From positions 1 through 24,222 of IMG/VR virus record IMGVR_UViG_3300027798_000222: a DNA stretch of 24,222 bases; one strand, given 5' to 3'. Positions 10,394-16,031 of the stretch are shown piece by piece. How positions within the stretch are numbered: position 1 is the stretch's first letter; every line of letters begins with the position of its first letter. This stretch comes from a virus. Taxonomy: Duplodnaviria; Caudoviricetes. The notes below the pieces were generated by a model. It saw only the letters and a list, made by a program, of their open reading frames with translations. It had not been told where the DNA came from and did not search any database. The position numbers and the translations under genes are program-made.

Positions 10394-10552
10394 AGAAAAC
10401 CGCAGCGCTCTCGATTCAGTAGGCTGGGCGCTATTCCAGCTGCGTGGTTTCACATAGGCCGGACTCGCCGGTTCACGAGGCAAGGCATTGCTGCCAGCCT
10501 GCGGCAGTGCTTGTCGCCGTCTCTACTGAATCGAAAACGCTGTTCGTTTTCT
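10394..10552 (-). ncRNA. Long structured element (candidate ncRNA)
   Basis: TCGATTCAGTAG 10411-10422 pairs with CTACTGAATCGA 10523-10534; flanking pairs are G-U only on the minus strand. Confidence 0.4.
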
Positions 10553-10638
10553 GTCTTTTGCTGAGCCGGTAGGTTGGGCGTTCCCTGCGTGCTCCCGTAA
10601 CGAAGTTCGGCGCGAAGCCTGCCCGTTTTTCGCTGAGT

Positions 10639-10811
10639 ATCGGGGCAAAGAAAAACCCGCTCAAAGGTTGCACTCGGCGGGTTCGTCTCTCCTTTTGCTC
10701 GAAAGGTAAGCGTTCAGCGGTGCCTTGCGGCGTGCTAAATTATGAAAGTCGTCTCGCTCGCGTGCAACTGCGAACGTGTGGAGCATCGGCCAAGCGCGGG
10801 CACTTGGCAAG
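10639..10811 (-). promoter_or_regulatory. Promoter-leader-terminator unit, copy A
   Basis: Minus strand: TTGCCA-N17-GATGCT, leader, hairpin AACCCGC..GCGGGTT plus U tract; shares 22- and 23-nt blocks with copy B. Confidence 0.55.
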
Positions 10812-10888
10812 AACTTTCTGCGCTCTCAATTCAGCGGGCGGTCTGCGCAGCTTGTCTTGCCTGAGCACGGGCCGGGCATTGTTCGGAG

Positions 10889-11038
10889 GATGTTCTCTGA
10901 ATTGTGCGCGGCAGGACTCGAACCTGCAAGCCCGCCATGAGATGCAAACCCATTGGGCAGCACGTTTCGCATGGTTGCATACCAGCTACTATGCACCGCG
11001 TTTGCCAATTTCGCCACACGCACAATTCAAAGAACATC
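10889..11038 (-). ncRNA. tRNA-Leu-like RNA (core 10903-11023) with extended acceptor helix and aberrant anticodon and variable arms
   Basis: Acceptor GTGCGTG/CGCGCAC, D arm TGGCGAAATTGGCAAACGC, T arm GCAGGTTCGAGTCCTGC, no CCA. Confidence 0.7.
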
Positions 11039-11156
11039 AACCCCGGCGCGTGTCTTTGAAACCCTCGCCGGAACTGCTTCGCTGCCGAGCCGGAGCAATA
11101 CCGGATGAGCAGCGGGACGGTTCGCTGCCAGTCAAGCTCGTTGCCGTTGCCGAAGC

Positions 11157-11276
11157 ATCGGGGCAAAGAAAAACCCGCAGGCGCGGCAACGCACTGCGGG
11201 CTTCCCTGTGGAAAGTTTTGCATCGCATTGCCGTGCGAACGCGAGCAGTAAAAGCCAAGCGCGAGCACTTGGCAAG
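11157..11276 (-). promoter_or_regulatory. Promoter-leader-terminator unit, copy B
   Basis: Minus strand: TTGCCA-N17-TTTACT, leader, hairpin CCCGCAG..CTGCGGG plus TTTTTCTTT. Confidence 0.55.
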
Positions 11277-11281
11277 CGAAA

Positions 11282-11497
11282 TTATTCCGGCGCGTGGCCT
11301 GCCTTACGCCATTGATGCGGCGACACGGGCCGCACAGCGCGCGAGCATGTGCGGCATTTCTTCGTCCGCTTGTCAGGCACGCCAGTCGCGCCGTGGGCTG
11401 CGTAGCCGCATGGGATGATGAGCATGGGGCCGCTCATGCCCGTCACGACGTGTGCCTTTTCTCCCGCTCGAAATCGTAGCCAGTTTGGTGTGCTCAT
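11282..11497 (-). CDS. Small hypothetical protein with CxxC
   Basis: MSTPNWLRFR... 71 aa, divergent from the array. Confidence 0.4.
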   Translation of the reverse strand: MSTPNWLRFRAGEKAHVVTGMSGPMLIIPCGYAAHGATGVPDKRTKKCRTCSRAVRPVSPHQWRKAGHAPE

Positions 11498-11557
11498 GGG
11501 CCGAGCACGTTGCCGCGCATCGCCCGCGATGGCAAGGCAAAAAAGTTTTAGATTTAT

Positions 11558-11590
11558 TTTGACACGGGGCGGAGTTGCGTTTATCGGTGC
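11558..11590 (+). promoter_or_regulatory. Candidate promoter driving the cassette array
   Basis: TTGACA at 11559-11564 after an AT-rich tract; -10 is weak. Confidence 0.4.
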
Positions 11591-11608
11591 GTAGGAAAAA
11601 CCCACAAA

Positions 11609-11941
11609 ATGATAACATGCCCCTGCTGTAATGCCCGATTGGATGTAGATCTACCGCCCGACCGAGAACAGGCAAATAACCTCGTGCCAGAAACGGCGCA
11701 ACCGGCAGAGTCCGGTTCGCTGTGCAGCGACTGGGTAGCGGAACTGGGAGCCGTGCAAACTCAACTCGAAGACGCATGGACCGCGCTCTGCAAGCAGGAC
11801 TGGGGCGCGGCCACGCAGAATGTCTTCGATGTCAGGGCGAGCGTGACGAAGCTCGTGGAATCAGTGCGGGGCCATTCCGCTACCGCGGGCGATGAGCGAC
11901 AGCCTCCGCGCCCTGTGCGCCAAATTGGAGGACAGCCATGA
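11609..11941 (+). CDS. Cassette 1 hypothetical protein
   Basis: 110 aa, CPCC N-terminus; cassette inverted repeat GGTAGCGGAA 11734-11743 / TTCCGCTACC 11875-11884. Confidence 0.65.
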   Translation: MITCPCCNARLDVDLPPDREQANNLVPETAQPAESGSLCSDWVAELGAVQTQLEDAWTALCKQDWGAATQNVFDVRASVTKLVESVRGHSATAGDERQPPRPVRQIGGQP

Positions 11942-11975
11942 ACGCGGAGGATGTTCGCTCCATGCCATGTTCTGC
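11878..11975 (-). repeat. attC site (cassette 2), 98 bp
   Basis: Minus: GCAGAAC ATGGC ATGGAGCG AACATCCTCCGCG...CGCGGAGGCTGT CGCTCAT CGCCCGC GGTAGCG. Confidence 0.8.
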
Positions 11976-12171
11976 GTCGGCGCCGAACCGGAAGTGTATT
12001 TATTGTAAAGGGAAATATGAGCGAATCCAGCGGTGCCTCGTCTGCATGATCCACTTCGGCACTGGAGTCTGGACTCCGGCCACAAAGAGGACGCGCAAGA
12101 AACGCCAGCCGACGCAGAACGGGGAAGTCTCCGACACCGCCCAAAGCGGCGCATCCAATACGAGCCGATGA
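11938..12171 (+). CDS. Cassette 2 hypothetical Zn-finger-like protein
   Basis: CIYC...CLVC; ATGA coupling; inverted repeat 11969-11981 / 12108-12120 (13 bp). Confidence 0.6.
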   Translation: MNAEDVRSMPCSASAPNRKCIYCKGKYERIQRCLVCMIHFGTGVWTPATKRTRKKRQPTQNGEVSDTAQSGASNTSR

Positions 12172-12296
12172 GCCTACACTGCACACAATGCGATCGGAAC
12201 ACGGACTGCGGCATCTGCCCGCGCTGCGCAAGTAACCTCGCGCCCGAACCCGCGCGTCCAGACAAGGCGGTGTTCGCGAGCACTGACTGGGTAGGT
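12114..12296 (-). repeat. attC site (cassette 3), 183 bp
   Basis: Minus: ACCTACC CAGTC AGTGCTCG CGAACACCGCC...GGCGGTGTCGGAGACT TCCCC GTTCTGC. Confidence 0.7.
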
Positions 12297-12470
12297 GCGC
12301 TGGCGACACGCTGGGAGCGGAGACTGGCTGAGAGCAGCGGGACAACACGCGACGCTCTTGACTGTGGGCGAATACTCCAACTCAGAGAGTGCTGCGATGA
12401 ACTCCGCGCGGAGATGGAAAGCGCACCTACCGATGAAGCTCACCCGCTGACGGGGGACAAAACACAATGA
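12168..12470 (+). CDS. Cassette 3 hypothetical protein
   Basis: Start MSLHCTQC..CPRC at ATGA overlap; inverted repeat 12290-12301 / 12420-12431 (12 bp). Confidence 0.65.
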   Translation: MSLHCTQCDRNTDCGICPRCASNLAPEPARPDKAVFASTDWVGALATRWERRLAESSGTTRDALDCGRILQLRECCDELRAEMESAPTDEAHPLTGDKTQ

Positions 12471-12551
12471 ACACGCCCGCACTTCCAAATCAAAGCGGTG
12501 CTCACGCTGACAGCCATGACCGGCAGTTAGTGGTGCAGCGCCTTGTTCGGC
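12425..12551 (-). repeat. attC site (cassette 4), 127 bp
   Basis: Minus: GCCGAAC AAGGC GCTGCACC...GGTGAGC TTCATC GGTAGGT. Confidence 0.8.
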
Positions 12552-12721
12552 TATTGACTCTTGTGGAGCGGACATTCGTGGGCGACAAAGCAATCTCCGC
12601 GTGGGATAAGAATGAGCGTGCGATGCGGAAGAAATACGGCGTGCTGGCGTGGGGCACTTATGTCCCGATGCCAGCGGGGGAGCACCACTGGACAATGACC
12701 GTGGAGCGGACACTGAATTAG
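12467..12721 (+). CDS. Cassette 4 hypothetical protein
   Basis: 84 aa, ATGA coupling; inverted repeat 12545-12553 / 12719-12727. Confidence 0.6.
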   Translation: MNTPALPNQSGAHADSHDRQLVVQRLVRLLTLVERTFVGDKAISAWDKNERAMRKKYGVLAWGTYVPMPAGEHHWTMTVERTLN

Positions 12722-12825
12722 CCGAACGTCGTCTTCAGCGACGGCGCGAACGTAAAAAAACCGTGAATATGGAACAACCTATCGAACAACCGAAACCCGC
12801 CGTTCGCTCCAGTAAGCTGGTAGAT
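12721..12825 (-). repeat. attC site (cassette 5), 105 bp
   Basis: Minus: ATCTACC AGCTT ACTGGAGC GAACGGCG...CGCCGTC GCTGAAG ACGAC GTTCGGC. Confidence 0.7.
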
Positions 12826-13014
12826 GACTGGGAGCGGCGCTACGAAATAGCACACAGGGCCGAGATAAAGCTCCGCGATGACATAACCGCACTGAGGCGC
12901 GAACTGACCATCGTGAGCAGAGAGCGGGCGAGACTGTATCGCGAATACAGAGCCGCAAAGTCATCTACCGATGAAGCTCATGGACTGGCTGACAAAAACC
13001 TCTCGAAACCCTGA
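12763..13014 (+). CDS. Cassette 5 coiled-coil hypothetical protein
   Basis: GTG 12763 or ATG 12769 start; inverted repeat 12819-12829 / 12959-12969 (11 bp). Confidence 0.6.
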   Translation: MNMEQPIEQPKPAVRSSKLVDDWERRYEIAHRAEIKLRDDITALRRELTIVSRERARLYREYRAAKSSTDEAHGLADKNLSKP

Positions 13015-13082
13015 AACCCCTATGACAATCCCAACCGTAGAAAACACACATGAAGCCAGTTCCATGCAGCGCCTGGTTAGAG
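12963..13082 (-). repeat. attC site (cassette 6), 120 bp
   Basis: Minus: CTCTAAC CAGGC GCTGCATG GAACTGGCT...AGCCAGTC CATGAGC TTCATC GGTAGAT; two extrahelical bases. Confidence 0.9.
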
Positions 13083-13471
13083 GCTTCGTTCGTAGAATCT
13101 TTCGGTGGGTAGATGTTGCCATCCGTGAGCGCGACCAACTCGCCCAATACGCTCGTGAGCTAGAGTCCTTGCGGCGGCGGCGGGCGAGAGCGGCGCACCT
13201 CGCAGCACAGGCTGAGAAGGCAGCGGCCAACATCCGAAAGCGTGGACGCTCAGGATACATGGACCTCGAAAGCCGAAGCTACAAACGCTGGCGCAAATGC
13301 CGCGACAATTCCGAAGACGCAATCCGGCGGTGGCGGGAGGCGGGTAACGCGGCGAGCGAAGAACTCGCGCGCAAATTGGAAAGCGCCAAAGCCTCTAACG
13401 CAGAAGTGAGCGACCGCCGCGCTCACGCTCCAGAAAACAAAACAGGCGCGAACGGCGGTTCGCTCTACTGA
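13022..13471 (+). CDS. Cassette 6 basic helical hypothetical protein
   Basis: Likely start MTIPTVEN; inverted repeat 13076-13086 / 13389-13399 (11 bp). Confidence 0.6.
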   Translation: MTIPTVENTHEASSMQRLVRGFVRRIFRWVDVAIRERDQLAQYARELESLRRRRARAAHLAAQAEKAAANIRKRGRSGYMDLESRSYKRWRKCRDNSEDAIRRWREAGNAASEELARKLESAKASNAEVSDRRAHAPENKTGANGGSLY

Positions 13472-13481
13472 CTGGTTAGCC
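13393..13481 (-). repeat. attC site (cassette 7), 89 bp
   Basis: Minus: GGCTAAC CAGTC AGTAGAGC GAACCGCCG...CGGCGGTC GCTCACT TCTGC GTTAGAG. Confidence 0.85.
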
Positions 13482-13484
13482 ATT

Positions 13485-13706
13485 ATGAACACCGAAAGAG
13501 ACAACTGGAAGGACGTGACGGCGGAGGATGCGACCGATTCGGAACTGCGCCTCGTCCACAAAATCAGCGGCCCAAAGCCCGACTGGATGGACGCCGCGAA
13601 CTGGCGCAACAACATGAGGGCGTGCGCGAAGGACATCCGCCAGCACGTCGCGCTAATGGCTAACGATGGAACTCACGGACAGACCACTCACAACCCGACC
13701 ACATGA
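13485..13706 (+). CDS. Cassette 7 hypothetical protein
   Basis: 73 aa; inverted repeat 13475-13485 / 13654-13664 (11 bp). Confidence 0.6.
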   Translation: MNTERDNWKDVTAEDATDSELRLVHKISGPKPDWMDAANWRNNMRACAKDIRQHVALMANDGTHGQTTHNPTT

Positions 13707-13843
13707 GCACACCACTACGACACGGCTGCGCAGATCATATCTCAAATCCACAAGAGGACTGCGAATACTGCAAGGCAAGTAACCGCGTGCTTGAAGCGGC
13801 GCGTTCGAGTGAGGGGGCTGTTACGTGCAGTGACTTGGCAGCG
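13658..13843 (-). repeat. attC site (cassette 8), 186 bp, R'' core degenerate (GCC)
   Basis: Minus: CGCTGCC AAGTC ACTGCACG TAACAG...CTGTC CGTGAGT TCCATC GTTAGCC. Confidence 0.75.
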
Positions 13844-13987
13844 GAACTGGAAGCCGCGCTAGTGCGGCTGGGAGAGCTGAGACAAGGCACGTCCGAAGTA
13901 TGGGGGTGGGATGAAGAATGGACGTGTGTGCAAACTGCGCTGAGTAACGCGCTGGATCGGGAACGGAGCCGTTCCGCTACCGACTAA
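13703..13987 (+). CDS. Cassette 8 hypothetical protein (related to cassette 1)
   Basis: 94 aa, ATGA coupling; inverted repeat 13837-13847 / 13971-13981 (10 of 11 match). Confidence 0.6.
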   Translation: MSTPLRHGCADHISNPQEDCEYCKASNRVLEAARSSEGAVTCSDLAAELEAALVRLGELRQGTSEVWGWDEEWTCVQTALSNALDRERSRSATD

Positions 13988-14100
13988 GCTCACCTACCCG
14001 CTCCGGCGGAAACGGTGGAGCGCACGAAAACCAATCTATGAAAACAAACACATCGAACGCAGAACAACAGGAGCGGGTTAGGTGCAGCGCCTGGTTAGGG
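13975..14100 (-). repeat. attC site (cassette 9), 126 bp
   Basis: Minus: CCCTAAC CAGGC GCTGCACC TAACCCGCTCC...GGAGCGGGTA GGTGAGC TTAGTC GGTAGCG; textbook 5/6-nt spacers and two extrahelical bases. Confidence 0.92.
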
Positions 14101-14238
14101 CGCTTCGTCCGCACTCACGCATGGGCATTTGCACTTGGAGCGTCACTCGGAGTAATCGGGGTGAATTGCTACGAGTGGCGATACTGGGCCGTCTTCGTGC
14201 CGACACTAATCGGCGTGCTCCTGCGCCCTAACAAGTAA
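14038..14238 (+). CDS. Cassette 9 small membrane protein (2 hydrophobic segments)
   Basis: 66 aa; inverted repeat 14094-14103 / 14223-14232 (10 bp). Confidence 0.6.
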   Translation: MKTNTSNAEQQERVRCSAWLGRFVRTHAWAFALGASLGVIGVNCYEWRYWAVFVPTLIGVLLRPNK

Positions 14239-14244
14239 TTATAC
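14226..14244 (-). other. attI-like recombination site
   Basis: Minus: GTATAAT TACTT GTTAGGG, an L(7)-N5-R(7) simple site with no attC arm, at the end of the array. Confidence 0.55.
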
Positions 14245-14265
14245 GACTCAACTCAATACCGAAAA

Positions 14266-14517
14266 ATGAGCAAGTGGAGCACAATCAAAAACATACGCCG
14301 CGCGAGTCTAAAAGCTAGAGAGCGCGTGAACATCCGATGGAACCGCGTGCGCGCGGAGCAGGCAAAGATGGACGCAGCGCCGATGCCGTCACGCCGCATC
14401 GTGGAGCGGCACGTCGTCATCCGCGATGAGTGCCGCGTGCTCGAGGCTGTGTTTTACGCGGACGACCGGCCATGCGATATTCGCCGGAAGCTACGGACGC
14501 TGAAAGGCGTTTGGTAG
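14266..14517 (+). CDS. Basic hypothetical protein
   Basis: 83 aa, Arg-rich, directly after the array. Confidence 0.55.
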   Translation: MSKWSTIKNIRRASLKARERVNIRWNRVRAEQAKMDAAPMPSRRIVERHVVIRDECRVLEAVFYADDRPCDIRRKLRTLKGVW

Positions 14518-14519
14518 AG

Positions 14520-15011
14520 TCAATCGAGAAACGTAATCGTCACGCCGGGCGCTGCCTTGTCATAGCTGCGCGAGGACTGCACGGGCCACAGTAGCGTATC
14601 GTCCGCTACTACGCCAGCCCGTTCAAGCGCGTGCCATAGCGCATCGCAAATTGCCGAGAAGTCGCGCCGCCGTCTGTCCTCGGCAACGTAGTCAATCCGC
14701 ACGTTGCACGGTACCGCGATTGGCTCGCCGTGGAACTGCGTCTTGATTTGCCGGATGGCCTCCGCGCGCCAGTCGGCGAATGCTTTCTTCGGGAAGCTCT
14801 TACCCGTCTTAGTTCGCCCCATGTTATTCTTGCCGCCTCGCACCTGCCCTGTCAGCCGCAATACAAGCCTCGGCACGTCCGCACCGCGCGGCGCAACCGA
14901 AGCCGCTGGCGGGGCGGTGGCGAGCGCAGGCGGGCACTTCGGGCACGCGCGGCCAATGTAGTGTTCGCCGCAGCGATGGCACAGGCGGGCGTTGGCAGGC
15001 AGGGTAGTCAT
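14520..15011 (-). CDS. rusA: RusA-like Holliday junction resolvase with N-terminal Zn finger
   Basis: KNN...DRRRRDFSAICDALWHALERAGVVADD motif; start MTTLPAN at ATGA overlap. Confidence 0.75.
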   Translation of the reverse strand: MTTLPANARLCHRCGEHYIGRACPKCPPALATAPPAASVAPRGADVPRLVLRLTGQVRGGKNNMGRTKTGKSFPKKAFADWRAEAIRQIKTQFHGEPIAVPCNVRIDYVAEDRRRRDFSAICDALWHALERAGVVADDTLLWPVQSSRSYDKAAPGVTITFLD

Positions 15012-15163
15012 TTCGCACCGCCTTTCTTTTTCGGCGCTGATTTCCGCAGGTGAAATTCGCACCTGCCGGGCACGCTCCATCCAAGCGCAGCGAGGAGCGC
15101 GAACGCTGCGTGTGCGCGGTTCATCTCAGTTTTCACTACGACGGTGAAGCGGTGTTTTTTCAT
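15008..15163 (-). CDS. Small hypothetical protein
   Basis: MKKHRFTVVVK..., stop overlaps the rusA-like start. Confidence 0.5.
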   Translation of the reverse strand: MKKHRFTVVVKTEMNRAHAAFALLAALGWSVPGRCEFHLRKSAPKKKGGAK

Positions 15164-15170
15164 GCCAGTC

Positions 15171-15199
15171 TTGACAAGAGCACATCGGCGAAATAAAGT
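15171..15199 (+). promoter_or_regulatory. Sigma70-type promoter, probably giving a leaderless transcript
   Basis: TTGACA-N17-TAAAGT, ending 6 nt before ATG 15206. Confidence 0.65.
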
Positions 15200-15205
15200 C
15201 AAAAG

Positions 15206-15520
15206 ATGAATTGGAAAAAATACATCACCGACCCACTCACGTCACGACCCAAGCGCGGAGCAATCAGCCGCATCGCCGCGCTACTCGGCGTGCACTACGG
15301 CTGCGTGAAGCGCATGTTCGACGGCATCTGGACGCCTACGGACGAGGAGGCGAATGGACTGCGCGCAATCGTGGCATCGCGGACGAATCTCGCGCCGAAA
15401 AAGCGCAGCGACGCGGGCAAAAAGCGCGGCGAATACCGGAAAAGAGCGGTGGCGAAATCCTGCGCAGTTCCCCCGCAACTCAAGGGTTTACGAAGTGCTG
15501 GAAAAGCTGCACGAAAATAA
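15206..15520 (+). CDS. HTH DNA-binding regulator (Cro/CI-like)
   Basis: GAISRIAALLGVHYGCVKRMFDG..TP HTH pattern; basic KKRSDAGKKRG tail. Confidence 0.6.
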   Translation: MNWKKYITDPLTSRPKRGAISRIAALLGVHYGCVKRMFDGIWTPTDEEANGLRAIVASRTNLAPKKRSDAGKKRGEYRKRAVAKSCAVPPQLKGLRSAGKAARK

Positions 15521-15615
15521 TTGAAAATAATTCTTGCGCGATTCGGCGGCGTGCGCTTTAGTGATTTCAAGCAAGGCAACCAGCCGAGCGAAACCAAACC
15601 AAATCATCCGACAAA

Positions 15616-15807
15616 ATGAACACACTCAACTCGAAACAGACCGCTCCGAAAAACATCAAAGGCTACTGCAACTGCGGCAACACACGCCAGCACACTCGCG
15701 CATTTTACCGCGCGGTCGGCTGGCTCTACGAGTGCCCATCCTGCGGCACATTCGCGACCGCAGCGCAAATCGCAGACCGCACACGCCGCGTCGCCGTCCT
15801 AGCCTAA
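15616..15807 (+). CDS. Small Zn-ribbon protein
   Basis: YCNCG...ECPSCG. Confidence 0.6.
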   Translation: MNTLNSKQTAPKNIKGYCNCGNTRQHTRAFYRAVGWLYECPSCGTFATAAQIADRTRRVAVLA

Positions 15808-15871
15808 CTCTCCTTGTCGGGTGACGCTCGCCTCGGCAACGGGGCGGGCGATACCCGGCGAGACTTTTACC

Positions 15872-16012
15872 ATGCCATACACACCCTCGCCCTGCAACTG
15901 CGCGGAATGCCGCGCCAACCGCCGCCGCAATGCGCGGCTCACCATGCGCCTCGCGCCGCTGCTCGTCGCCACTGCCGCCCTTGTGGGCTGGCTCATCCTT
16001 CGCTGCAAATAA
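15872..16012 (+). CDS. Small Cys-rich membrane peptide
   Basis: MPYTPSPCNCAEC plus hydrophobic C-terminus. Confidence 0.4.
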   Translation: MPYTPSPCNCAECRANRRRNARLTMRLAPLLVATAALVGWLILRCK

Positions 16013-16031
16013 CTGCCAAGCTCACCGACAA

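Larger units (their letters stand above)
11609..14244 (-). mobile_element. Integron-like gene-cassette array (9 cassettes; attC top strand is minus; no intI in window)
   Basis: Eight complete R''-L''-loop-L'-R' sites plus one half site; each cassette is bounded by its own 9-13 bp inverted repeat. Confidence 0.9.

Noticed and set aside
10903-11023. Functional or suppressor tRNA implying stop-codon recoding (e.g. TAG at 12719)
   Set aside because: There is no canonical 7-nt anticodon loop or CUA anticodon, and conserved genes are intact under the standard code.
10720-11418. 232-aa plus-strand ORF and overlapping minus-strand ORFs
   Set aside because: They overlap the tRNA-like RNA and duplicated regulatory units, have no recognisable motif, and are likely spurious GC-rich ORFs.
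11609-14244. CRISPR array or diversity-generating retroelement as explanation of the recurring motifs
   Set aside because: The repeats are divergent palindromes with gene-sized inserts. No cas or reverse transcriptase gene and no TR/VR pair was seen.
14266-15080. Integrase next to the attI-like site
   Set aside because: The neighbours are an 83-aa basic ORF and a RusA-like gene, with no tyrosine-recombinase R-H-R-Y motifs.
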